NCBI GenBank assembly: GCA_023265535.1
Contig: JAHFTI010000005.1
Coordinates: 1-62,120, forward strand
DNA: 62,120 bases
Source: Opitutaceae bacterium
GTDB taxonomy: Bacteria > Verrucomicrobiota > Verrucomicrobiia > Opitutales > Opitutaceae
Reading direction: 5' to 3'
This document shows, piece by piece, positions 9,611-18,285 of the stretch (position 1 is its first letter; every line of letters begins with the position of its first letter). The notes below the pieces were generated by a model that saw nothing but the letters and a program-made list of their open reading frames with translations, did not search any database and was not told the origin of the DNA. The position numbers and the translations under genes are program-made.

Positions 9611-10585
9611 ATGAGACACTTCCTTCACGAGACCGACTTCAAGCCGCGTGAGATCGGCGAAGTGTTTACCCTGGCCAAATCCTACAAGCAGAAGCGTGGG
9701 AAGATTGCCAAGGTCCTCGCCGGCCAGACCTGGGCCCTGATTTTCTCGAAATCGAGCACCCGCACCCGCGTGTCCTTCGAGGTCGGCATTCACGAGCTCG
9801 GCGGCAACCCGCTTTTCCTCAATCGCAATGACATCCAGCTGGGACGCGGCGAGACGATCGAGGACACGGCGCGCGTGCTGTCGCGCTACGTGCACGGCCT
9901 GATCGTGCGCACCTACGATCACAAGGACGTCGAGCGCCTGGCCGCCGCCGGCAGCGTCCCCGTGATCAACGCCCTCACCGATTTCCTGCATCCCTGCCAG
10001 ATCTACGCCGACGCCTTCACGCTCGCGGAGCGCTGGGCGGGCAAGCGCGGCAACCTGCTGGGCTCCCTCAAGGGCCGCAAGATCGCCTTCCTGGGCGACA
10101 CCGCCTGCAATGTCGCCAACTCCTGGGTCATCGCCGCCAACCTGCTCGGCATGAAGATCGCGCTCGCCGGCCCCAAGGGCTACGCCCCGAGCCCCTCGCT
10201 CAACAAGATCCTCGACGCGCACGGCATGGGCTCCGGCGGCTACCAGTTCACGACCGACCCGATCGAGGCCGTGCGTGACGCCGACGTGGTCTACACCGAC
10301 GTGTGGGTCAGCATGGGCAAGGAGGAGGAGACGCGCAAACGCCTCGCCGCCCTCTCGCCCTACGCCGTCACCGCGAAGATCTTCTCCGCCGCCAAGCCGG
10401 ACGCCTACTTCATGCATTGCCTTCCCGCCCACGCCGGCGAGGAAGTCACGCAGGAGGTCCTGGACAGCCCGCGCTCGATCATCTTCGACCAGGCCGAGAA
10501 TCGCCTGCACATCCAGAAGGCGATCATGACAAAGCTCGCCCTCGCCGCCAAGAAGGCGAAGAAGGCCAAGAAGTCGAAGAAGTAA
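9611..10585 (+). CDS. argF: ornithine carbamoyltransferase (anabolic), with an unusual Lys/Ala-rich C-terminal tail
   Basis: SSTRTR carbamoyl-phosphate motif, HPCQ, DVWVSMG ornithine motif and HCLP. Ends in LALAAKKAKKAKKSKK. Confidence 0.9.
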   Translation: MRHFLHETDFKPREIGEVFTLAKSYKQKRGKIAKVLAGQTWALIFSKSSTRTRVSFEVGIHELGGNPLFLNRNDIQLGRGETIEDTARVLSRYVHGLIVRTYDHKDVERLAAAGSVPVINALTDFLHPCQIYADAFTLAERWAGKRGNLLGSLKGRKIAFLGDTACNVANSWVIAANLLGMKIALAGPKGYAPSPSLNKILDAHGMGSGGYQFTTDPIEAVRDADVVYTDVWVSMGKEEETRKRLAALSPYAVTAKIFSAAKPDAYFMHCLPAHAGEEVTQEVLDSPRSIIFDQAENRLHIQKAIMTKLALAAKKAKKAKKSKK

Positions 10586-10635
10586 GTCCGCCGCGCTCTC
10601 CCTTCCCGCGTCGGAAGGGGAGGGTACGAATCTGG

Positions 10636-11874
10636 TCAGGCAAGTGACGCCGTGGCGTTGCCAGCATCCTGACCTTCGGACGTTGAGAGGAGGGCTTGCG
10701 CGCGAAGCAACGCCTCCAGGAAATAGTAGTCTGCGTAGTTGAGGGGGACGTCGAGTTCGATGCCAAGCGGCAGCGCACCGGTGGCATGCCTGAGAAGGAA
10801 TCCCCCATTCTCACCCACTTTGGCAAAGTAGTCCGGGCCCGCGAGGCTGCGGAGTTGCTGCAACGCAAAGGCCTGGTATTTATGACGCTCCGGGCCATCG
10901 ACGAAGCGGGCGAGCTCAAACAAGGCCGAACACATGATGGCCGCGGCCGAGCTGTCCCGGGGCGCATTCGGAATTCCCGGGACGTCGAAATCCCAATAGG
11001 GAATCAGGTCCGTTGGCATGCGTGGATGATGGATGATGAAGCCGGCAATCTTTCTGGCGTGTTCGAGGTACGCGAGTTGACCGGTCCCGCGATACATCAT
11101 GGTGAACCCGTAGAGGCCCCACGCCTGCCCGCGCGACCAGGCAGACGAATCTCCGGCGCCCTGGAAGGTTTGTCGCGCCCTGACTGCACCGGACGCCGCG
11201 TCGTAGTCGATCACATGGAAACTGCTTCCGTCCGGTCGGAAGTGGTTGCGCAGCGTCGTGTCTGCATGGTGTTCGGCAATTGCGTGCAGCTCTGGCATCC
11301 CGGAGCGAGCCGCCCAGAGAAGCAGCTCCAGGTTCATCATGTTATCGATGATCACGGGATATTCCCAGCCGTTGTGAGGATCCCACGACATGATGCAGCC
11401 CACACTGGGCTTGAAGCGCGAGCTGAGCGATTTGGCGCCATTGAGCAGAATCCTGCGGTAAGCGGGGTCGCCGGTAAGACGCAGTCCGTTGCCGCAGCTG
11501 CAATTCAGCATGAAGCCTACGTCATGGTTCGAGCAGTTGAACTGTTCAGCCTCAAGCAGCGCGGTATAGCGAGTCGCTGCGGAGCGCCAGGCCTCCTTTC
11601 CTGTCGCCTCGTACAGGTACCACAGCGAGCCCGGGAAGAAACCGGAGGTCCAATCGGTGGTTTCAACCGTGACCAGTTCACCCTTCACGAAGGTCCGCGG
11701 CAGGCGGCCATCGAACGAGTGATGGTCGAGCAGCCACGAGTATTGCTTGTCCGCCGCCCAGAGGGTCAGCTCAAGCAGGTCGGAAACGGTTTGGCGCGCC
11801 GCCTTCAGTGCTGCCGGATCAGCGGATGGCACAAGGGCGGGCAAGGCCGGTGCAGAGAGGTATGATGTCGTCAC
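10636..11874 (-). CDS. glycoside hydrolase family 88 (unsaturated glucuronyl hydrolase-like)
   Basis: TDWTSGFFPGSLWYLYE, HDVGFM, IIDNMMNLELL and SRGQAWGLYGF are characteristic GH88 segments. Confidence 0.8.
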   Translation of the reverse strand: MTTSYLSAPALPALVPSADPAALKAARQTVSDLLELTLWAADKQYSWLLDHHSFDGRLPRTFVKGELVTVETTDWTSGFFPGSLWYLYEATGKEAWRSAATRYTALLEAEQFNCSNHDVGFMLNCSCGNGLRLTGDPAYRRILLNGAKSLSSRFKPSVGCIMSWDPHNGWEYPVIIDNMMNLELLLWAARSGMPELHAIAEHHADTTLRNHFRPDGSSFHVIDYDAASGAVRARQTFQGAGDSSAWSRGQAWGLYGFTMMYRGTGQLAYLEHARKIAGFIIHHPRMPTDLIPYWDFDVPGIPNAPRDSSAAAIMCSALFELARFVDGPERHKYQAFALQQLRSLAGPDYFAKVGENGGFLLRHATGALPLGIELDVPLNYADYYFLEALLRAQALLSTSEGQDAGNATASLA

Positions 11875-12052
11875 TTGGGTTTTCGTAGTGGTAGGAGGCC
11901 GGCCTGACGCAGTCAGGGTCCGGCCCCATGGTTTTCGTGATGGCGCATTCCGTCCCGACCTCCGGCTTGGAGTTGGAGGGGTCGGGCGGCCCAGGACAGC
12001 GCCATTGAGGAGCTTGAACTCCTCGCTGGCGTGTCCTGCGTTGCCGTGAGGA

Positions 12053-14758
12053 TTAGAAGCGGACCGTATTCGTCAGGGCCCAGGTTCTCGGTTTTGCGTA
12101 CCGAACGTTGTTGAGTGCAAGCTCCTCGAAGTAGTCCTTGTTGAGCAGGTTGTTAACGTTCAGGCTGATGTTCCAATTGTATCGGCCAATCCGTGTGTCA
12201 TAGCCCAGCTTGGCGTTGAAGATCACCCGGCTTGCCCCATAGCCCGACACGATTCCCGCGCCTCCAGGAATCACTTCACTCCATTGGATCGGGGCGGAAC
12301 GATAATTGACCCCGACGCCCGTCGTGAGCCCTTTGAGCGGGCCGCTCGCGAAACGGTATTTCGAGAACAGGTTGAAGTTGTGCTTGTAGTTGCGCACGCC
12401 TTTCACACCCGGGATCTGCTGAACCAGCCAGTTTTGGGCATTCTGGATCTGCACCCCGATGGCTGAGGCCTGATCGGGATAGGTGGACTGGAGCTGCTTC
12501 CATTCAGGGAGGTACTGGTTGATGTAGGCGATCATCTTGTCCGGTATGGTCCGCTGCTCGTTGTCGGTAAGGGAATAGTTCATCGTCATCGCCCATTCCT
12601 TTGTCAGGTTAGTGAAGAGCTCCACTTCGTAACCGTCTGTTCCTGCAACGGTTTCCTCGGTGGTGCCATAGGCGAGCACCCGGTCCTGCCGGTTGACCTG
12701 GGCGTTCTGCCAGATTGCGTTGGCGGCGCTCACTGCTGTCGCCACGCTGGTCCGGTTCCCCTGCGAGAGGGTCTTGTATTTTGCGATGGTCAGGTAGACG
12801 CTGTCGTTGGGGAGTGAGAGGCGTATGCCCACTTCATCGCCCTTGCCCGAGACCGCATTGTGCGCGTTGCCCGTCCAGTCGAGTCCGCTGGTGCTTGGCG
12901 CAAAGGACTCCGCCTTGGTGCCATAGAGGGTAAACCAAGACACCGGGGTCAGAACGAGTCCGTAGAATGGCTTCGCCACAACATTGCGGATGCTCGGGGA
13001 GCTCTGGTACGGGAGAATATTCTGAATCCCGGTGACCGGATCGACCTGCAGGGGGGCCTGGTATTCCGTGTAGGAGTCCTGACGTTGGCCGATCAGGCTC
13101 CGGATGCGGCCCTTCCAAAAGGCGCTGGAGGCGGAGATGGCCCAGGAGTCCAGCGTCGATTTTCCGCGGGTGTTTCCACGCGCGCCTCCGGCAACGCTGA
13201 CGAGTTCCGAGCGCAGGCCCGAAGGATCGTTTATCAGGCCAGGCCAGGCGAGACTCTGACGCGTATCCCCATCGCTCAGGTAGCGGCGGTGGAACACACG
13301 GTTGTTGCTGTTCGCGAAGCTCTGGGTGCCGGGGATCGGGTTATTGGCGATACGTTCGGTGAAGCTGTCGCCAAAATAGTGCTCACTTCTCCTGCTGGTG
13401 CTCGCAAATACCTTGTGTTGCATCCACTCGAACTGTTTCGGATGCCAATCGTAGATGGCTGAAGCGCGGGCCTCCCAGATGCTGTTACCCGAGTCCGAGG
13501 GACTGTACTGACCCTCGTAATAATAGGCGCCGTAATAGGGATTGGCGTCCGTGGTGCCGGGCAGTAACTGATTGGGGTCCCGGCGGATGCTTGTCATGCC
13601 CTGCCATTCGCCCACGTCGGTGCGATGGTTGGACTGGCTTGCCGCGAGTTCGATGTGCAAGTCCTGGCCGATGGCCTGCTCGACGGTGATGCTTTGGGTC
13701 CCGTGTTTGAGGTCCTGCCGCCAATCGGGGCCGCCAAAGTTGGATTCACGGGGAAGGATCGACTCATTCTTGACGGGGAGGGAGGCGTTGCCCGTCGGGC
13801 CCGTGGTCTGGCCCCAGCCACGCGCGTTGAGGAGCTGCATGCGTTGCGCGATGAAGAGATAGTGGCTTGTTGTCGCCGTGTTCACCGCAACACGCTGCAA
13901 GCCGGTCGTGGTCGATGGATTTGAGTTGTAGGCGAAGGGCGTCTGGCCGTCCCACCAGGAGAAGGCATCACGCCCCAGTGGTATGGCCACTACCTTGGGG
14001 CGCCTCAGATACTCCGCTTCGATGCGAACGGTCGTTTTCGGGAAGACGCGCCAGGTGCCGGCGACATGCAGGCCCCGACGTTGCTCTTCCTCCCAGTTGC
14101 GATCCGACTGTTCGTTTGACCAGAGGAGATTCAGCCGGACGGCCACGTTCTCTCCAAGCTGGCGGTTGATGTCGGCGGTGAACCGGTTGGCGTTGAAGCT
14201 GCCGATGCGGGAATCGAGGGTGACGAAGTTCTTGAATTGGGCCCGCTTGGTCGTCGTGTTGGCGAGTCCGCCTGCGGGGGCGACGCCGAATAGCAGCGAA
14301 TTGGGCCCGCGCACAATGTCGATGCGGTCGGTGCTGAAATTGTCGCTGATGCTGAACCACGAGAACATATTCCTGAACGTGATCGGCGTGCGGATGCCAC
14401 GGAAATTGAAGCCGCGAAAGTCGATCCAGGCCGAAGGCGCATAGCCGCCGCCGACCATGTAGTCGGAGGCACTCAGCAGGTCCGTCGCTCCAATGTCCTT
14501 GAGGAAATCGCTGGTCATCACCGAGACCGAGGCAGGGATGTTTCGGATTTCCTCGTTCATGCGGCTTCCTGCGGCCGAGGAGGTGGCGCGGTAGCCCACG
14601 TCCCGCTCGGAGCGGACTTCGAAGGGGGAAAGCTCGATGGCTGTGTCGTTGCCGGTTGTGGCCGCCGGGGCGGGAGCCTGTTCGGCGTGCAAGAGCTGCA
14701 AGCAAGCGAACAAGGGGGTCAGGGACTTTAACTTTAGGCGCGGGGTTGCATGAGTCAT
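12053..14758 (-). CDS. TonB-dependent outer-membrane receptor
   Basis: ATG at 14758 (MTHATPRLKLKSL..., signal peptide). Plug region LSPFEVRSERDVGYRA and IDIVRGPNSLLFG. C-terminal aromatic residue ...NTVRF. Confidence 0.8.
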   Translation of the reverse strand: MTHATPRLKLKSLTPLFACLQLLHAEQAPAPAATTGNDTAIELSPFEVRSERDVGYRATSSAAGSRMNEEIRNIPASVSVMTSDFLKDIGATDLLSASDYMVGGGYAPSAWIDFRGFNFRGIRTPITFRNMFSWFSISDNFSTDRIDIVRGPNSLLFGVAPAGGLANTTTKRAQFKNFVTLDSRIGSFNANRFTADINRQLGENVAVRLNLLWSNEQSDRNWEEEQRRGLHVAGTWRVFPKTTVRIEAEYLRRPKVVAIPLGRDAFSWWDGQTPFAYNSNPSTTTGLQRVAVNTATTSHYLFIAQRMQLLNARGWGQTTGPTGNASLPVKNESILPRESNFGGPDWRQDLKHGTQSITVEQAIGQDLHIELAASQSNHRTDVGEWQGMTSIRRDPNQLLPGTTDANPYYGAYYYEGQYSPSDSGNSIWEARASAIYDWHPKQFEWMQHKVFASTSRRSEHYFGDSFTERIANNPIPGTQSFANSNNRVFHRRYLSDGDTRQSLAWPGLINDPSGLRSELVSVAGGARGNTRGKSTLDSWAISASSAFWKGRIRSLIGQRQDSYTEYQAPLQVDPVTGIQNILPYQSSPSIRNVVAKPFYGLVLTPVSWFTLYGTKAESFAPSTSGLDWTGNAHNAVSGKGDEVGIRLSLPNDSVYLTIAKYKTLSQGNRTSVATAVSAANAIWQNAQVNRQDRVLAYGTTEETVAGTDGYEVELFTNLTKEWAMTMNYSLTDNEQRTIPDKMIAYINQYLPEWKQLQSTYPDQASAIGVQIQNAQNWLVQQIPGVKGVRNYKHNFNLFSKYRFASGPLKGLTTGVGVNYRSAPIQWSEVIPGGAGIVSGYGASRVIFNAKLGYDTRIGRYNWNISLNVNNLLNKDYFEELALNNVRYAKPRTWALTNTVRF

Positions 14759-14863
14759 GGGTTTTACCGGGGTTGAAGGTGACTGGGGTAGGGTCCAAAC
14801 ACGAGGCCCTGGGGGCCGAATGGAGTGAGCAACCGAGGAGATGATGCGGAAGGGGACGCGAAA

Positions 14864-14891
14864 CAATGTCCCGACTACTTGACCCGTTAAG
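14864..14891 (-). promoter_or_regulatory. PUL box 2: CTTAACGGGTCAAG-N10-ATTG, about 120 nt upstream of the TonB receptor start
   Basis: Reverse complement of 14864..14891 reads CTTAACGGGTCAAGtagtcgggacATTG. It has the same architecture and orientation relative to its gene as the boxes at 17021 and 18123. Confidence 0.5.
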
Positions 14892-15010
14892 CCAACGGCC
14901 TGAATTCGTGTCGTCGCTTGTGCTTTTCCCCAAGGAGGCGGCCTCCCATGTCGAGGGAGTTTCCCCGCGCAGGAGGCCGGCGCCAGGCTGGCCGCGCCTC
15001 CGGTGACTGC

Positions 15011-16882
15011 TCAGGAACGGGGAGCGTCGTTCACTGCCTCGATCCGGACCTTGAGCAGAAGTCGGCCGTCCGCGGGCACCGGGATATGGAAACGCAGGAT
15101 ACGATGCTTGGGCGCAGGTTCGTCGAACGCAGCCGTGCCGGCGGCGGAGACAAGCTCGGCCTTCATGCCGCTTGGTGCGTCGAGCAGCTTCACCGCGACG
15201 CTGTGGGCACCGCTGGAGAGAAGTGCCCTGTCGCGATCGATCGTGACCGTGGAGCTGGTCACAAGTGTCCAGGTCACTTCTGTCTTGGGCGCGAGACCCG
15301 CGAGATCGTCAGTGATGTCCACGCCCAAGCCGTCGGCGTGCGGCTGAAAGCGCCGGAGCGCGCGTTCGAGATTTCCCGAAAGCACCGGCTTGAGGTCGGC
15401 TGTGACGCCCAGGGTGCCGGGCTCGGCGGAGAAGTCGCCCAGGGTGCTCCGACCCTCCACCCGGTGCAGGGCGGAGCCCAGGGTGAGGGTGTTGTGCGCG
15501 AAGTTGGTGTAGCGAAAAATCCGCCACCGGTCACCGTCCTGCCGCGCGTCAAAAAGCTTGATGCCTGCCGCTTCGAGTGCCGTGTAGGCCTGCATGCCGA
15601 GGTCGTCGGCCCAGCGGACACCATTGATTTCCAGGATGAAAGAGCCTGAGTCCATATGCCCGTGAGAATCCCCGGGGGAGCCGCCCTTGACAGCCAGGTA
15701 AAAGGGGCCGCGGGGCTGGTCGGGGCCGCGGAAGACGGCGAGGGGAACCTGTCCCTTTGCAAACAGGCTGGACCACACGTTCACCGCGGCGCGCTTTGGC
15801 TGCTGCCAGCACAGGATGGCGAAGATGTTCTCAAAGGTGAACTGGTCGGGATTTGGGTGCGTTGCATGAGGCGGATAGTGGCGACCCTGGTTTGCGAGGA
15901 GACTCGGTTCCTTGAGACGCTGGGCGAACCAGAAGAGCAAGGGATCGGGGACGGCCATGCTTTTGCCGTCGCCGAAACTGAAGACTTCACCAGAGGGTGC
16001 GATGAGCTGGTCCTGGATCCGGGCGCTGGCAAGGAAGGCGGAAAGGTCGCGGTAAGGCGCCTCGGTGCCCAGCGCGCTTTGGAGAGCGGCAAGACTCAGG
16101 ACAGTGTAGCTGCTGCCGAAGCGCCAATAGTTGGGGCCTTCGGGATATATTCCGTCGGGGCCGTAGGGTGCGAGGCCGTTGTCGTGGCGAAGTGCGAGGA
16201 GTTCGAGGGAACGCCGAGCGAGTTCCGGTTCATCCTCCGCAATGGCGAGGGCGGCGAGAGTAAGGCCGCCGAGGCACACCTGGTTCCAGTTCATGCGTGC
16301 CGTATGCCACCAGTTGTGCTCCTGGGTTGGGTCGAGCGCCGGGCGGACGCCCTTTTCCACGAGGGCGCGGCGTAGCACGGCACGGCTGGCGGGGGACAGG
16401 TCGTGATAAAGCCAGTCGTAGCCCAAGGCTACTGCGGCGCTCATCTCGGCCACATCGAGGAAATGGGAGGGGTTCCAATCGTCAAAGGCTGCCGCCGCGA
16501 GAAGATTGCGCTCGGCGACTTCCAGGAAGCGGCGTTCCCCTGTCACCTGGTAGGCCAGGGAAAACCACACCGCGTCGGCCAACACGCGCCGGGAAACAAA
16601 GAGCAGCCGCTTTCCGGTAAGAACGCGTTTTGGTGGCGGAGCCGCGATGCGGCCGCGTGCGGTCGCGAGCGCACATTCAATCAGGGTGTGAAAGGCGGCA
16701 TCGGTTTCCGCGCGTTGACGGATTTCCCGCCACGTGTCGGGACCGACCAGCAGGCGGGGATGCGGACGGAGGTCGCGAAGGGTGACGGGCGTCAGGGGGC
16801 CTGGATCCGCAGCACCGGGTTCGGCGGCGTGCAGGGCGGTGATCCACAACGCGACAAGGCAAAAGGACAGGAGGGAGCGCAT
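15011..16882 (-). CDS. heparinase II/III family polysaccharide lyase
   Basis: Signal peptide, then an N-terminal alpha/alpha-toroid region (NWNQVCLGGL, YPEGPNYW) and a C-terminal GDSHGHMDSGSFILEINGVRWADDLG segment typical of heparinase II/III-like proteins. Confidence 0.8.
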   Translation of the reverse strand: MRSLLSFCLVALWITALHAAEPGAADPGPLTPVTLRDLRPHPRLLVGPDTWREIRQRAETDAAFHTLIECALATARGRIAAPPPKRVLTGKRLLFVSRRVLADAVWFSLAYQVTGERRFLEVAERNLLAAAAFDDWNPSHFLDVAEMSAAVALGYDWLYHDLSPASRAVLRRALVEKGVRPALDPTQEHNWWHTARMNWNQVCLGGLTLAALAIAEDEPELARRSLELLALRHDNGLAPYGPDGIYPEGPNYWRFGSSYTVLSLAALQSALGTEAPYRDLSAFLASARIQDQLIAPSGEVFSFGDGKSMAVPDPLLFWFAQRLKEPSLLANQGRHYPPHATHPNPDQFTFENIFAILCWQQPKRAAVNVWSSLFAKGQVPLAVFRGPDQPRGPFYLAVKGGSPGDSHGHMDSGSFILEINGVRWADDLGMQAYTALEAAGIKLFDARQDGDRWRIFRYTNFAHNTLTLGSALHRVEGRSTLGDFSAEPGTLGVTADLKPVLSGNLERALRRFQPHADGLGVDITDDLAGLAPKTEVTWTLVTSSTVTIDRDRALLSSGAHSVAVKLLDAPSGMKAELVSAAGTAAFDEPAPKHRILRFHIPVPADGRLLLKVRIEAVNDAPRS

Positions 16883-17020
16883 AGGGTAAGGCAGGATGGA
16901 TTGGGGGTGGATACGGGCGTGGATCCAATTCAGGGGAACAGAACCCGGAGAGGATGCTTGGGGCGAGCCTGCAACCCTTCACCCTCCGACTCATCTGATT
17001 GTAGGGACTCCGGCCTGCGA

Positions 17021-17048
17021 CAATCCTGGCAGTGCTTGCGCCGTTAAG
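17021..17048 (-). promoter_or_regulatory. PUL box 3: CTTAACGGCGCAAG-N10-ATTG, about 150 nt upstream of the heparinase gene and overlapping the LacI stop codon
   Basis: Reverse complement reads CTTAACGGCGCAAGcactgccaggATTG. Confidence 0.5.
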
Positions 17049-18099
17049 TGTCTTTCTGTCTTCCGCGCACTTGGACGCGACGCCGCCCGGGTCCTGGTGC
17101 CGTCTGTCCGCTGACCCAGGTGCCGTGCAGCAGGTGCGCCTGCGGCTCGGCGATGGGCCCGGTTGCGTTATGGTGCAGCTGCGCCAGAAGCTGCTCGACT
17201 GCGATGGCGCCAATGCGCCCAAGGTTCTGATGGATCCCGCTTACCTGCGAGTTGCGATCCATGACGGACAGGTCCACGCAACCGATTTCCGGCGGTGTCT
17301 TGAGCAGGCAGTCGCGGTCAAATGTGCCGAACACGACGACATCGGGTTTTTGCCGCTCGCACCAGCGCGGCACGAACTCGGAAATGCCCACCATGCGCGT
17401 GGACATCAGCGGCGGCACCACCTCCGTCAGTCCGGCCTCGGCCACTCCCTGACGGAACCCTGCGAGCAATCGGTGTTCGAGGCGCTCGCTCATTTCCGCG
17501 CTCACGGCGAACCCGGGGCGCCGGTAGCCCAGCTCCACACATTGTGCCACCGCGAGGCGGGCCAGTTGATAGTGATCGCTTGCGACCCGCATGATTGACG
17601 GCGTCACGACACTCGTGCCCAGGCCCACTGCGGAGAATTCGGAGATGTCCACCGGAAACACCGTGTGGTTTCCGTGGAGGGGCGCCACGAGAACGCCGCG
17701 AATGCCCCGGGCGCGCAGGATTCCCTGGACACGCGTGGGCGTCAGCTGGCTCAGCGCGAATTCCTCCAGGCGACACCCGAGCTCGTTGGCGCGTTGTTTT
17801 GCCCCGTTGAACATCTGGACGTAGGCGGGGTAGCGGGTCCAAGGGTCATCGGGTGGATGGGAGGTCACAAAGGCCAGCGTCAGTCCGGAACGTCCGGGCT
17901 TGAGCTGAAGATGGTAGCTCATGAGAGCAGAAACCAAGGGGTTGGTCCGATAGCCGAGCCGGCGTGCGGCTTCCCTGACCCGCGCCTGGGTTTTCTCCGG
18001 GATGGAGGTATGTCCGCGCAGGGCCAGCGAGACAGCGGCCCGGGTCAGCCCAACATCGTCTGCCACCTGTTGCATCGTGACGATCCGTGCCTTTGCCAT
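17044..18099 (-). CDS. LacI-family transcriptional regulator
   Basis: N-terminal HTH VTMQQVADDVGLTRAAVSLALRG followed by a periplasmic-binding-protein-like sugar domain. ATG at 18099 (MAKARIV) is preferred over GTG at 18108. Confidence 0.85.
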   Translation of the reverse strand: MAKARIVTMQQVADDVGLTRAAVSLALRGHTSIPEKTQARVREAARRLGYRTNPLVSALMSYHLQLKPGRSGLTLAFVTSHPPDDPWTRYPAYVQMFNGAKQRANELGCRLEEFALSQLTPTRVQGILRARGIRGVLVAPLHGNHTVFPVDISEFSAVGLGTSVVTPSIMRVASDHYQLARLAVAQCVELGYRRPGFAVSAEMSERLEHRLLAGFRQGVAEAGLTEVVPPLMSTRMVGISEFVPRWCERQKPDVVVFGTFDRDCLLKTPPEIGCVDLSVMDRNSQVSGIHQNLGRIGAIAVEQLLAQLHHNATGPIAEPQAHLLHGTWVSGQTAPGPGRRRVQVRGRQKDT

Positions 18100-18122
18100 G
18101 AGGTGCACTGTTCCGCCGATTA

Positions 18123-18150
18123 CTTAACGGGTCAAGCCTTCCGCTCATTG
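18123..18150 (+). promoter_or_regulatory. PUL box 1: CTTAACGGGTCAAG-N10-ATTG, about 150 nt upstream of the MFS gene and adjacent to the divergent LacI start
   Basis: Read directly: cttaacgggtcaagccttccgctcattg. Confidence 0.5.
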
Positions 18151-18285
18151 CAAGCCCAGGCTGCGTGGGCTTCGTTTGCCAAGGGACTCATGGTTTGTTT
18201 GAGCTCTCATCAGCCTGAGTTACCCCCACGATCGCCTGAGTACCCCGCATTCCCGCATCCCGATCGAGCCCTCAACGTACTTGCC

